64,000 nucleotides of DNA, taken from Ascidiella aspersa. Lineage: Eukaryota. The position numbers and the translations under genes are program-made. Shown here one piece after another: positions 27,401 through 36,691 of the stretch. Each line of letters opens with the position of its first letter. Within the stretch, counting starts at the first letter, position 1. The stretch lies in NCBI GenBank assembly GCA_963924565.1, contig OZ004610.1, positions 32,426,001 to 32,490,000 of the forward strand. Direction: 5' to 3'. A model generated the notes under the pieces. That model worked only from the letters and a program-made list of their open reading frames with translations. It ran no database searches and was not told the origin of the DNA.

Positions 27401-30400
27401 GCCATTGTAGGCGAAATATAAGATCGTATAAAATTACTGGCTTTGATATGGCGACAGGATGCCCTTAAGAATATTTCCGCTGTGAAAAAGTTTACAACTA
27501 ACAAATCGTTTTTCGAATATCTCTGAATCCATTTTCAACATAAATTATTTTAGATATTTCATTCGCTTACTACCTCTTACTACAACCTCAAACCATTATG
27601 CTCCAAAATAACAAAATAAAAATCACTAATTTACGTGTTCGATTTTGTTTAAACCTGTGAATCTGTGATTCCCAATTATTATTTTCTTAGGACGCCTAAT
27701 TGGTAAAGTTTGTTGGACTTGCGCCGTACCTTGCAATAGGAACCTTTAACAAATTCGTTTACGAAAGTTAATTTATTTATTTGATCTTTGATGAAAATCG
27801 TATTCCATTTGTCGTAACAGCAGAATATTATAGCAAAGCTTGCAATTCAGGAATAAGATCTTCAAATATAGTGTCTGACCTGATTTTCTACTTTTGCAAG
27901 AGTATTCTGCGGTTACTGATTTGGAATTAAGGCCGACACTTATCTTGCAACGGTTCAAATTATCACATATTCATTGCTACATCTATCTATGGCATTACGA
28001 AACGGGTTTAATGTGCGTTGCCCTTGAAAACTCAAACGACACACAACTTAAGCCTCTGCAATAAACTGTCTCCACAAATAAAGAAATCCTTGCTCGAATA
28101 TACACAAGGTTCGCAATACACAACCCAATAGCCAGACTTTGACAACTATAGATACTTCTACTTTTCTTATTCAATGAATTAAAAATGCGGCTAATTCTAA
28201 TCTTATTTGTGAATTGCTTAAAGTATGCCCAAGTTCTGTTCTAGTTTTAATATAATTCGGATTTTAACAAAAACGCTACTTTAGCTAACGGCAGATTTGG
28301 TCTCTCAGTCTAAACAAAGCATTGAAATTAATGCTTTTTGATTGGATCGACTGATAGGTGATTTTTAGAATCTGAATAGCATAGGCTTTGATATAACATA
28401 TCACAAAATTAGCCAACAAACATTTAACATTACCATTCTTATAAGAGACACAGGGTTCGCAATACACCACCCTATAGCCACTGTCCCCGTCTGTATGCAA
28501 TCTCGAAAGATTCCGGCAATCAGATTCGTGTGGGGGAGGGGGGTTGAAGGTAGACGACAAACGGCCTCTTTCCGCGCCCTAAGAATTCATCTGTTCATAA
28601 ATCTTTAATGACTAAATGGAACTATAGGATTGCTAGGCAAATGCTAAAGCGGGGGTGGGCAACCTACCACCCCTTGCCTATTTAACGTGACAGGCGTTAA
28701 AATTGAATCTTCGATACCTAATGTCGACGAAGAACTGCTTTTCCTTTTACCTAACGAAAAGGAATGGTTAGATTTGCAATGAAATTAAGACTGAAGTGTT
28801 TGCCATAGAAGTTATAACTGATGTAGTTGATCACGAAATACACTTTCGCCTATCGTGCAACTTGCCCTGGCGTCGATTTGCACTGTCTTTGATGACTTAA
28901 TGCAGTGCTTCTCAACCTTTTTTCGCGGCGACCCAAATAGTAAGGGTAAGTATGACAACTAAGCTTTGGCGGCCCAATTGTTTTTTCTTGTAAGCAACAA
29001 ATAATAGGCATTAGCATGAAGAATTTCGAATTTTCAAAATTATTATAAGACATTATTTGTATTCCTTCCTTAATTTTCCAAATTTCTTTCTCAGCACCAA
29101 TCTTAATTAGTAGAAACATGTGAGCTACTGCGGTCGGCGACCAAACCAAATCAAACAGCGACCCAATTTTTGGTCGCGACCCATAGGTTGAAGCACTGAC
29201 TTAATGGAATTATACGATTGCAAGGCAAGCGCTAAAACAGGGGTGGGCAACTTACGACCCCCTTGCCTGTTTAATGTGGCCAGCATTAAAATTTTGTGCA
29301 AGTACACAACACAGCATCAGAAGTAATATAAATCCACGTAAAAATATTTCCTATTGAGATGACTTCAGATTTATCGGTTGTTTGTATGCAATATTACTGA
29401 TTTAATCAATGTAGAAATATTTATCGTATAGGGCCTAACATTATATATCCCACACCTGTAAAAGCATCATCCGTATTTAAAACATAACAAAATATAAGCA
29501 AGAAGCACGCGAACAGAAAATACAAACACAAAATATCTTAACATCTATTAACATCTAACACTGATTTTCCCTTGTAAGTTTTGTACTTGGATTTTTTAGG
29601 AGTTCGATTTTAATTACTTAAAGTGCAACCAGACTAGTTTGGTTTTCACTGTTCAAATTCAGACAGATTCTTTTATTAGAAACAAAATGTTATTACTTAT
29701 TATTTACCCTATTCTAATGACTTGAGGTAACGACTTAACTCAGACTAACTTGCTACGCCAGTAATTCGGTTTGGAAATTAACTTGCTATACTTTGTGTAA
29801 AAGACATACGCCAATTCAAAATGACTTCTATCGGAATTGCGTCATTTTCAAAATGACGTGTTTACAAGTAAAGCTGCGTTATTCATCATTACAATAACGT
29901 TGAGCTAATTATAGAATTGTCAGGCATCCAACAATTGCTACATATATGACCTGACAAGCGTCACATCGGTGCCACCCGAAACACTAAGCATATCCCACCC
30001 TGTTCTAGCGTGTTCTCAACTATTACGTGGCGTTTTCGCTGAAATGCGCGAATTGATTTCCCCCTGGTTGGCTTATACATTTACGTGAGAGACCCGTGAA
30101 AATTTTTTTGGGTAACTAACTTTTTTGGGTAACAAAAATTTTTTTGGGTAACTAAGACGTCATTTGGTTCGGATCAGGTCTAAAATATCTGCATCAGTAT
30201 CGAAACCAAGTGTCCCGTTTCGGACATTGCTATTTTTTTACCGTAATAATAACGTTAAACCTTCTTAAAAACTTGCCATACATTCAATATTGCTACATTG
30301 TGACCTGACACCTGGAAATTAATGTGACGCGAAGCACTTAGCATGTTCCCACCCCCATCCAAGTCGGGTCCCAGTACGCCTTTTTGACAATATCGTGGCG

Positions 30401-32365
30401 TTTCGCATAAAATGCGCGAATTGATTTTTCCTGACTGGTTTGCAACAATTTGTGAGAGACCCGTGAAAGATTTTCGCCAAATAGCCTAAATGATTTCATT
30501 GAACGATTTCAATTTGACCTGCTTTGCTTGTTTGAGCAAAGTAATGACGTCATTTGGTTCGGATCGGTTCACGATACATATAGTCCGATAAAATGGTATC
30601 GGTATAGGAATAAAATGTCCAGTATCGCACATCTCAAAACTTTTTACAGTTATATTAACGTCAAACAAACCCTTAAAAATCTGCCATTCATTCAACATTG
30701 CTACATGTGTGACTTAACACGCGAAAACCAATGCGACCTACAGCACTAAGTATATTCCCATCCCTGCTCTAGCGGGTCCGAGCGCCTTTTTTAACAATTT
30801 TGTGGCGTTTTCTTTAAAATGCGCGAATCGATTTTTCCGTGGCTGGCTTGCATTATGCTTGAGACCCGTGAAATGCGGTTGTCCGTGCGGCAAGCTTTGA
30901 CTAAACTGCGGCGTTTATTGATCACAGCGCCAAAATATATGTAAATCAGGTGTGAACTTTGCAGAAGTATTGATTGCAAAAATATCAATTTATTTTATTA
31001 AATATAATTATTTGATCACCGCCTAGCAAAATAATATTAAGTGTAAAATTTGCAAGAATCTATATTACAGTATAGACCAGGCACAAGACACGGATACTGT
31101 TTTTTGTTTGTTTTGGGGGCATAACATTTTTTCATGACGTCACCAAGTTCCGTCAAATCGACGTCACAAAGTAACGTCATGGAGAAGTAATCGTAAGGGC
31201 ACTCTATAGTTTGTTTATTTTGTTAAAGTTTTAGGCTGGAGCCGTAGTTAAAACAAGCAATATGTTATCTAATAGTTTAACTGACGGGCTAATAACTGAT
31301 AAACAGATTTTAATTTGCCTTGTAGCTGTAGGCTTAACCTATTAAGACTAAATATAATTAGGTTTATAAATTAAATGGTCCAACATTGTCGAATTAGTTA
31401 AAACGACATTAAAATACAGGTTTTCTTCCGGAAAAAATGCATGTTTAGTAGATGGAACTGATGAATATTTGGTCGTTTTCACTTTTTGTTACAAAACAAA
31501 CTATAATTTTGTTAACCCTTGGACCAACTCCATTCTTTCAATAATTGCATGACTTGCTTGAACGGGTCACAATAAATGAAGTGATATAGCTATGTGTGGC
31601 GTTATTATTTGCCTAAAATTGTGTATTAATTCATGCTAGGTTGCTAGCCATCCTGCTGTATTAAGGGATACATTGGATTCTCACTGAGTCTATAAAAAAA
31701 ACTATAAAAATACACTTTCTCTATATCGGTAACGGTAACGACTAGAGCGAATATTTTTTGTCAAAATTTACACGTTAGGTCAAAAGTTGTCAATATTTTT
31801 GTAAGTTAAAATCGAATAAAATTGCACATAAATCGCTTACAAAATTAAAAAAAAAACTAAAGTCAGCTTTTTGAAATTGTTCGTTCGGTTATTTTGAAAT
31901 TTATCTTTCATTTTATAAAAAAAAAATAGTTTTGATATGAGTTTAAGTCATTTTAACCGTATTGTATCTTTATTAGAGCAATTTACGGTATAAAAAACAC
32001 GTAATTAACGACGCCTAGGTTATTTAAATCAATGTATTTCTAACAGGTCAAAATTTCCTATTTTGTTGGTCAAAAAATATTCGCCCTAGTAATGACTCAG
32101 TTAGACCTTACAAGTCAAAACTTGTAAAGGAGTTTACAAGCCTACAAAGATTCTGTAATTATGCCATATAACATTGTTAAAGTTCTCACTCCGACACTCA
32201 AAAGTTCTCACTCCGACACTCCGTGTTTAAGTTTATTTTTTCATTAAAATATTATATGTGTATAACTAACCTGCTGCGGTCCATGAAGGTCTGGTCGTCA
32301 ATGTAGGCTTGTGTCTTTTGTATACCACGCAACAAAGTCTCCGAATCCATTTCGCTGGCGGACAT
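373..32365 (-). CDS. KCNT1/2: Slo2/Slack-type sodium-activated potassium channel (KCNT1/KCNT2-like), 15 exons visible, 3' part outside the window
   Basis: Phase-consistent GT-AG exons: 32271-32365, 14934-15013, 13363-13462, 11955-12087, 9061-9195, 8217-8300, 7341-7435, 6539-6722, 5580-5682, 4238-4436, 3540-3717, 2852-2955, 1922-2071, 1071-1276, 373-484 (1958 nt, ~652 codons). The translation carries Slo2 hallmarks: [39 protein letters not shown], the TVGYGD filter, [31 protein letters not shown] and GNEIY. Confidence 0.95.
1071..1276 (-). CDS. KCNT1/2: KCNT-like exon 14
   Basis: [50 protein letters not shown]...; the donor position (gtagga) is less certain. Confidence 0.85.
1330..1880. repeat. 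Minisatellite, 39-bp unit
   Basis: gagttgacttatgtacacttaagtcattgtttttaactt about four times near-identical at 1393-1548, with degenerate flanks; related sequence at ~11385-11450, ~53965-54000 and ~62165-62330. Confidence 0.85.
1922..2071 (-). CDS. KCNT1/2: KCNT-like exon 13
   Basis: [49 protein letters not shown]. Confidence 0.93.
2852..2955 (-). CDS. KCNT1/2: KCNT-like exon 12
   Basis: [34 protein letters not shown], cag/gtaagt. Confidence 0.94.
3540..3717 (-). CDS. KCNT1/2: KCNT-like exon 11 (RCK1)
   Basis: [59 protein letters not shown]. Confidence 0.95.
4238..4436 (-). CDS. KCNT1/2: KCNT-like exon 10 (RCK1)
   Basis: [29 protein letters not shown]...[16 protein letters not shown]. Confidence 0.95.
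4786..5134 (-). mobile_element. 5'-truncated LINE (CR1/L2-like ORF2 C-terminus, 3'UTR and poly(A))
   Basis: Minus frame [57 protein letters not shown] (stop 4953-4955). The 3'UTR has a CAGTC-GTAA-GACTG hairpin and an A26 tail (T run 4790-4815). TSD ATCCTTT at 4786-4792 and 5128-5134. Confidence 0.78.
5138..5245 (+). mobile_element. tRNA-derived SINE
   Basis: GGCCTGT/ACAGGCC acceptor stem, A box TAGCTCAGTTGG, B box GTTCAAAC, no anticodon arm. The B box and downstream body recur at ~8398-8462, and more weakly at ~55598-55645. Confidence 0.65.
5580..5682 (-). CDS. KCNT1/2: KCNT-like exon 9
   Basis: [34 protein letters not shown], tag/gtgagt. Confidence 0.94.
6539..6722 (-). CDS. KCNT1/2: KCNT-like exon 8 (pore and S6)
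   Basis: [11 protein letters not shown]...[41 protein letters not shown]. Confidence 0.95.
7341..7435 (-). CDS. KCNT1/2: KCNT-like exon 7 (S5)
   Basis: [31 protein letters not shown], cag/gtgagt. Confidence 0.94.
8217..8300 (-). CDS. KCNT1/2: KCNT-like exon 6 (S4)
   Basis: [28 protein letters not shown], cag/gtaagt; a different frame from the listed ORF. Confidence 0.93.
8557..8888. mobile_element. hAT-type MITE
   Basis: TIR CAGTGGTTCTTAAAC/GTTTAAGAACCTCTG and perfect 8-bp TSD CCCTAACC. Confidence 0.85.
9061..9195 (-). CDS. KCNT1/2: KCNT-like exon 5 (S2-S3)
   Basis: [45 protein letters not shown], cag/gtaagt. Confidence 0.92.
9675..9816 (-). mobile_element. Short hammerhead-containing insertion with a 14-bp TSD
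   Basis: AATATCTGTCCTAT at 9661-9674 and 9817-9830. Confidence 0.65.
9740..9788 (-). ncRNA. Minimal type I hammerhead ribozyme (Penelope-like), intact core
   Basis: TCAGTCt-CTGACGA-A-GGCTTGC-cgtata-GTAAGCC-GAAA-CG-TT-GGTTGA: 7-bp helix II, helix I TCAGTC/GGTTGA, and palindromic AACGTT in place of helix III. Confidence 0.72.
11625..11950. repeat. ~140-bp tandem triplication beside the exon 4 donor
   Basis: Repeated cacgta(t)acggacatgtcac(g)tacg motif. Confidence 0.75.
11955..12087 (-). CDS. KCNT1/2: KCNT-like exon 4
   Basis: [44 protein letters not shown], tag/gtgag. Confidence 0.9.
13363..13462 (-). CDS. KCNT1/2: KCNT-like exon 3 (S1)
   Basis: [33 protein letters not shown], cag/gtgag. 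Confidence 0.93.
14934..15013 (-). CDS. KCNT1/2: KCNT-like exon 2
   Basis: ttttcag|[28 protein letters not shown]|gtaagt. Confidence 0.92.
17935..18330. repeat. Cluster of the most abundant dispersed repeat in the window (~100-150 bp, often in foldback pairs)
   Basis: Consensus ggttgtagttagacgtagaatgaatatcaaagcccatacagaagtaggtagcatttt..aacgtttcgaa..ctctttattcatt; other copies at ~4466-4630, 6296-6380, 7486-7630, 12180-12275, 24765-24835, 27505-27600, 37490-37605, 45890-46075, 46185-46245 and 60085-60165. Confidence 0.8.
20210..20550. mobile_element. hAT-type MITE
   Basis: CAGTGGTTCTCAACC ... GGTTAAGAACCGCTG with subterminal GGCCCA repeats; the TSD has decayed. Confidence 0.7.
23786..23891. 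mobile_element. Short MITE with GAGTCG-repeat TIRs
   Basis: CAAGGCTGCGGAGTCGGA ... TCCGACTCCGCAGCTCTG, TSD ATTTAAAC/ATTTAAAG; relatives at 23528-23622 and ~12300-12590. Confidence 0.75.
24128..24168 (+). ncRNA. Minimal hammerhead ribozyme, family 2
   Basis: cttcGAC-CTGATGA-G-GCAC-ggtt-GTGC-GAAA-GC-TT-GTCaag with an AAGCTT palindrome; related copies at 4072-4200 (degenerate tandem) and 49871-49902 (minus). Confidence 0.65.
28903..29198. mobile_element. hAT-type MITE
   Basis: CAGTGCTTCTCAACC ... GGTTGAAGCACTG, perfect TSD ACTTAATG; family members at ~16935-17231, ~20610-20681, ~39517-39974 and ~54466-54778. Confidence 0.85.
29935..30875. repeat. Three-copy tandem repeat (period ~355-410 bp)
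   Basis: ttgctacat..tgacctgaca..cactaagcat..aaatgcgcgaattgattt..tgagagacccgtgaaa at ~29935, ~30290 and ~30698. Confidence 0.8.
31741..32090. mobile_element. MITE with terminal inverted repeats
   Basis: ACTAGAGCGAATATTTTTTG ... CAAAAAATATTCGCCCTAGT. Confidence 0.7.
32271..32365 (-). CDS. KCNT1/2: KCNT-like exon 1 (putative start)
   Basis: [36 protein letters not shown]|gttagt. Phase 2 fits exon 2 (AG+G=Arg) and the length resembles the short KCNT2-type N-terminus. Confidence 0.7.
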
Positions 32366-35300
32366 TGGCTCCGTTTTAATCCCTCAGCTATCACATTAAA
32401 ACGTGCAGTTTCTTGCAGAAAACGTGTGTTAACTCAAGCCCTTACAAAACAAAAACTATTCATGAGATTAAGGCTTTCGCAAAGTAAAAATGTGATATTC
32501 AAATGCACAAGCTGCTATAACGAACGAAGACAGCAAAGATTACCTTCTAGAAGTCCGGTTACATAGTTGAGCTATCTCTAATTCTACCAAACCTTTAAGT
32601 TGATTAAGCATGACGTCACAACTTATATTGTTAAATAGTTTATTTGACCCACCCCAACCCAAACGATAACTTGCACCCTAACCTAAATAATGTGCGTTGA
32701 TTTGCTAATAAAAACGCTGAAAATCAGGATAAAGTTTTGTCCAGCTACAGCTTTATTGTCAACATCACTATTCAAAGTGCATTACTACTTACTTGTATAG
32801 CTTTTTTGAACCAAATATAGTCCAAGATGCTTAAATTTGCGTTAGACCAGGTTATCTCGGTGTCAAGTGATCATTATCTTTTTATTACTAACCTTAAACA
32901 TTAACCTGTCTTTAGCTAACCTTCCATATCCTTTAAATGTAAAAATTTACTGACTTCTAACCTAACCTAAATAATTTTTTAAAATGTAAAAAGTTTTACT
33001 AAATAAAGGTAAATTCTCGTTAAAAATGCTTTGCTTTGGCTTCGCATTTGGAATGCAGCCATACTCCCAGCCTGGCATATGTTCTACCTAAACTAACTAG
33101 CAATTTCTGTACAATCTAAAATACACACAAACGCTAACTTGAAAAAACTAGAATTACTGGAATAAAACAACAACAGTATCTGTCGGCAAATCGACTGCCT
33201 AATATTAACAAAAGCGTTAAAATAACTAAATCTAAACTTTAGGTGACATATAGTACTTAGCCTACACTATATTCGCAGCAACTCACATGGCGGAACAAAA
33301 CAATGGCATTATTCTAGAATCGGCCTATTGTGTTTGTCAATCAATCGCAACAAAGGATTAAATTATGAGCACAATGTAATGTCGGTATAGGATGGTGAAG
33401 TTTTCTGCTACGACGCCTGTATTTTGAAACTTGATCTAACGCACGTGTTATCGTTTGAAATACTATGTTTGCAGACGTGGAACACGCAGTAATTGCTAAC
33501 TTGGGAGGTTTTGCTTTTAGCCGATTCTCTAAGCTACTGTACATTGTACAAACTCAGGGCCCGATCATGGCTTTTAGAAGCCCTAAGCACTTACTACTTT
33601 GGCTCCCATATGTGTCAAATGTGTTACATGTTTTATAAAATTGAATAATTAAGTTTTAGTATTCTTACTAATTAGGAGTCAAAGTATGATTAATTGACAT
33701 GCTTTTTGTTTTGTAAATAGTTGTCAAACCTACAAACATTTATAGAGAGGTTTAAAGTAACACCTGAGAAAAAAAAAAGAAAAAACTTATTTCAACCGGG
33801 CCACTATTGAGGTCTTACTCTGAGTAGTCTGACTTCCTCGAATTACTTCAATAAACACTCCGGCACCATTGGAAATTTCTGTCAAGTGTGCTAATGTCAA
33901 TTTTTTGCAAAATGAACGCCAGGCTTCAACGAGATTTCCCTGAATCTTAATCTCTTGTTTTGGTTCTCGTTACGCCTTAGCTGTCATGAGTAGCGTATAG
34001 GCGAGCCGCGTCGCTTTATTACGTAGGTGTACTGTGTATCCTCTTGTGGCAATTGAGCTTACTATGCCGCTTCCGCCGCCACATAAGCGCGGCTTTGCAG
34101 TAAGGCAACTAACGCACATTCTAGCTCTAGCTACTGTCTTCTGTTATTCATATACGCTGGGCTATCTTATCGATCAGTATACAGTGTGACTGGACAATGC
34201 CTTAGTGGCCAAATCTATGTATTTAGATGTGATTTGTTGACTTTTACTGTTATTTTAAGATCGATTCCCTCCAATGCTATTATATCCCCACAAGTCTATC
34301 TTAGCGTTTAATAACAATCGCGAATGCTGGTTGAAGTGTTCAGTTCTTGATATGAACATCACCTTGTATATATTTCAGTAAGCAAGCAACCTATCACCAA
34401 ATGCTGATTACTTATGTGACGTTAAATTATTTTGCCAACCCAGAATGGACTAGAGAATTCAAGGCTTTGTTTTAAGACCAATTGCTACAATACGAAACGT
34501 AAAATGAGGCTACAGTATAATTAGCTGTACTGAGCAATACATATATATCTGTAACATGCTGAATCCTTAGCCCTCAGCTTAAAATGCATACATTTAAATT
34601 AAACCTTTGATGAACTAACCAACAGTATTTTAAGCTGTTGACGCCAAAAACAACACTAAGCAATATATTTTACATAAGCTGGACTCTTTGCGCTAAGGTG
34701 AAAATGCATATTCCAATTAAACCTCTGTTGAACTAAACAGCAACCTAAGACTGCACAGAACAAAATAGCGTTTCACAACTGCTGTTATTTGGCTTAATGT
34801 TCTGTAGAAGCGATGGTCCATTAGATCTGGCTGCCTTCAGTTCCGTTTTTTATATCTGATGTCTGAGGTCAATTTTGTTGCAGCCGCGGTGCTAAAATAT
34901 TTATGCAATGGTGTCAGTTTTTCTACACAATGCATTATTCAGGCTCTTATTGTATCGCGAAATTAAGCTATAGAGCACTCCTTCGCATAAAAGTCTGTTT
35001 TACGACAGTTTGTATAGCCCTTTTAAAAGCAGCAGCCTAGTTGCTTTTTGCACCATATTGTAATACCATTTTTTCACTTTTCAGGTTGCACCAAAATAGG
35101 TTAAAAAAGTTTTAATTTTTTCTTTAAAAACTTAATTTGTCTTCACAAGTAGCTTTGCAAACTTTACATTATTAAACGACAAAATTATTTTATTTGGAAT
35201 TAGTTTTCTTATAATATCTCACAAGATTAACGACTTTGATTTCGTATCAAAACCGTCACCAGACTAACTCCGGTCTGAATGTTTTTTCTTCAAATGCTAT

Positions 35301-36588
35301 AAATAAAGCATATAAAACCCTCCGTAAGAGCCTACCTCAAATTACCCAATATGATTTTTGCCTCCAAAGCGTTCGTATAATGTTTAAACAGTATTAACTA
35401 TACTGCTGACTATAAGCTAATGCTAACGTATTTATCATTATATAATAACGTCTATAATGCACGTTCAACCGTTACTATGTTACCTACTTTTATATATGAT
35501 TAAATCACATTCTACATCAAATTGTAAAAACAAAACGGTGTGTAATTCTATAAAAGGGTGCATCGAACGATAACCTCGGGTTTACTTAGGTTACTTGTTG
35601 TAGACGTCCGGGTTAGATTTTGTGACGTCATCTGGAAATTTTTATGCGGCCGGAAAGGAAATTCTACTTTCTACCCTGATACGCAATGAATTACTTATTG
35701 AATATGCATTTCACTGTTACAGGAACTCATAATGCTGCTTAGGCGTAATATATGTTTCTTCAAAAAAACACACATCTGACCCTACACGTTACTTTTAAAA
35801 GTAATATTTGTACGACGCTCCAAAAAATATCTAGCACCTAACTAACTAAAGAAATTAAAGCACTGCTATCGCCTTACAAACCACTTCAACATTGAGATAT
35901 CAGTCCATTGGGAGTAGGCAAGTCTGCAGTAGAGCTCATCTTGTGCTTGGTAAACAGGCGCACATCTTGGCTGTAGTGCCAAGTTTATAGCCTAACCTAA
36001 CTACAATTGACTAGATATCTTCGGCATCGATTTTTGGATAATTAGACCCAGGCCTCTCGTATGTTTAATTCGTTAAGTGTCGTGGATGTTAGAAGAGTAA
36101 AACACCATTTTCTTTTAACGCACTTTTTTAACTAAACGCTTTTTTAGGGTACTTTTACAGGAGCCTTTATAACTTACATATGGGTGATTTTCACAAGTAG
36201 GGCCTACTGCTAGTTGTCAAAACGCATTGATAGCTAAAAATGACCTCATTTTTACCGCAGCCAAACAAGCTACAAAGGATGAAAATTGTCCTGTTTTATT
36301 ATTACTGCAGCAAAATAAATGCTAAACTGAAATCTAAGGTGTCATACCAAACATTTTAAGCGCACCGTTTTCAGAGGCTTGAAATAATGCTTAAAAGCTT
36401 ATTTACAATCTTCAAACAGCTTTAGGTTTACCGCAAGGACATACAGTAACATTAAACAAGCCATATGTCGACCAAAAGACGTGGAATCGATTTTAATTCG
36501 CTTTTGTCGTCCTAAAACCCCTTTCGTTTCGAAAAGGGGTTATATTGTCCCTAAAATACACAAATATGCTGAGTTTTAGCGACGCTGT

Positions 36589-36691
36589 CTATTTGCGTAT
36601 GTAGGGCCCGGTTTTTAGCAGTTTGGCGTATTTTTCCGGCTGCTCTGTCTTCATTTTTTCGAGACGTTGGTCTTTGATGGTGAACAGCGAC
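36589..36691 (-). CDS. Polycystin exon 34 (last)
   Basis: SLFTIKDQRLEKMKTEQPEKYAKLLKTGPYIRK*; minus-strand AATAAA at 36295-36300. Confidence 0.7.

Noticed and set aside
28285-28580. GC-richer minus-strand ORF as an alternative KCNT first exon
   Set aside because: An in-frame TAG follows the nearest ATG, there is no convincing phase-2 donor, and there is no homology; it cannot be supported without RNA data.
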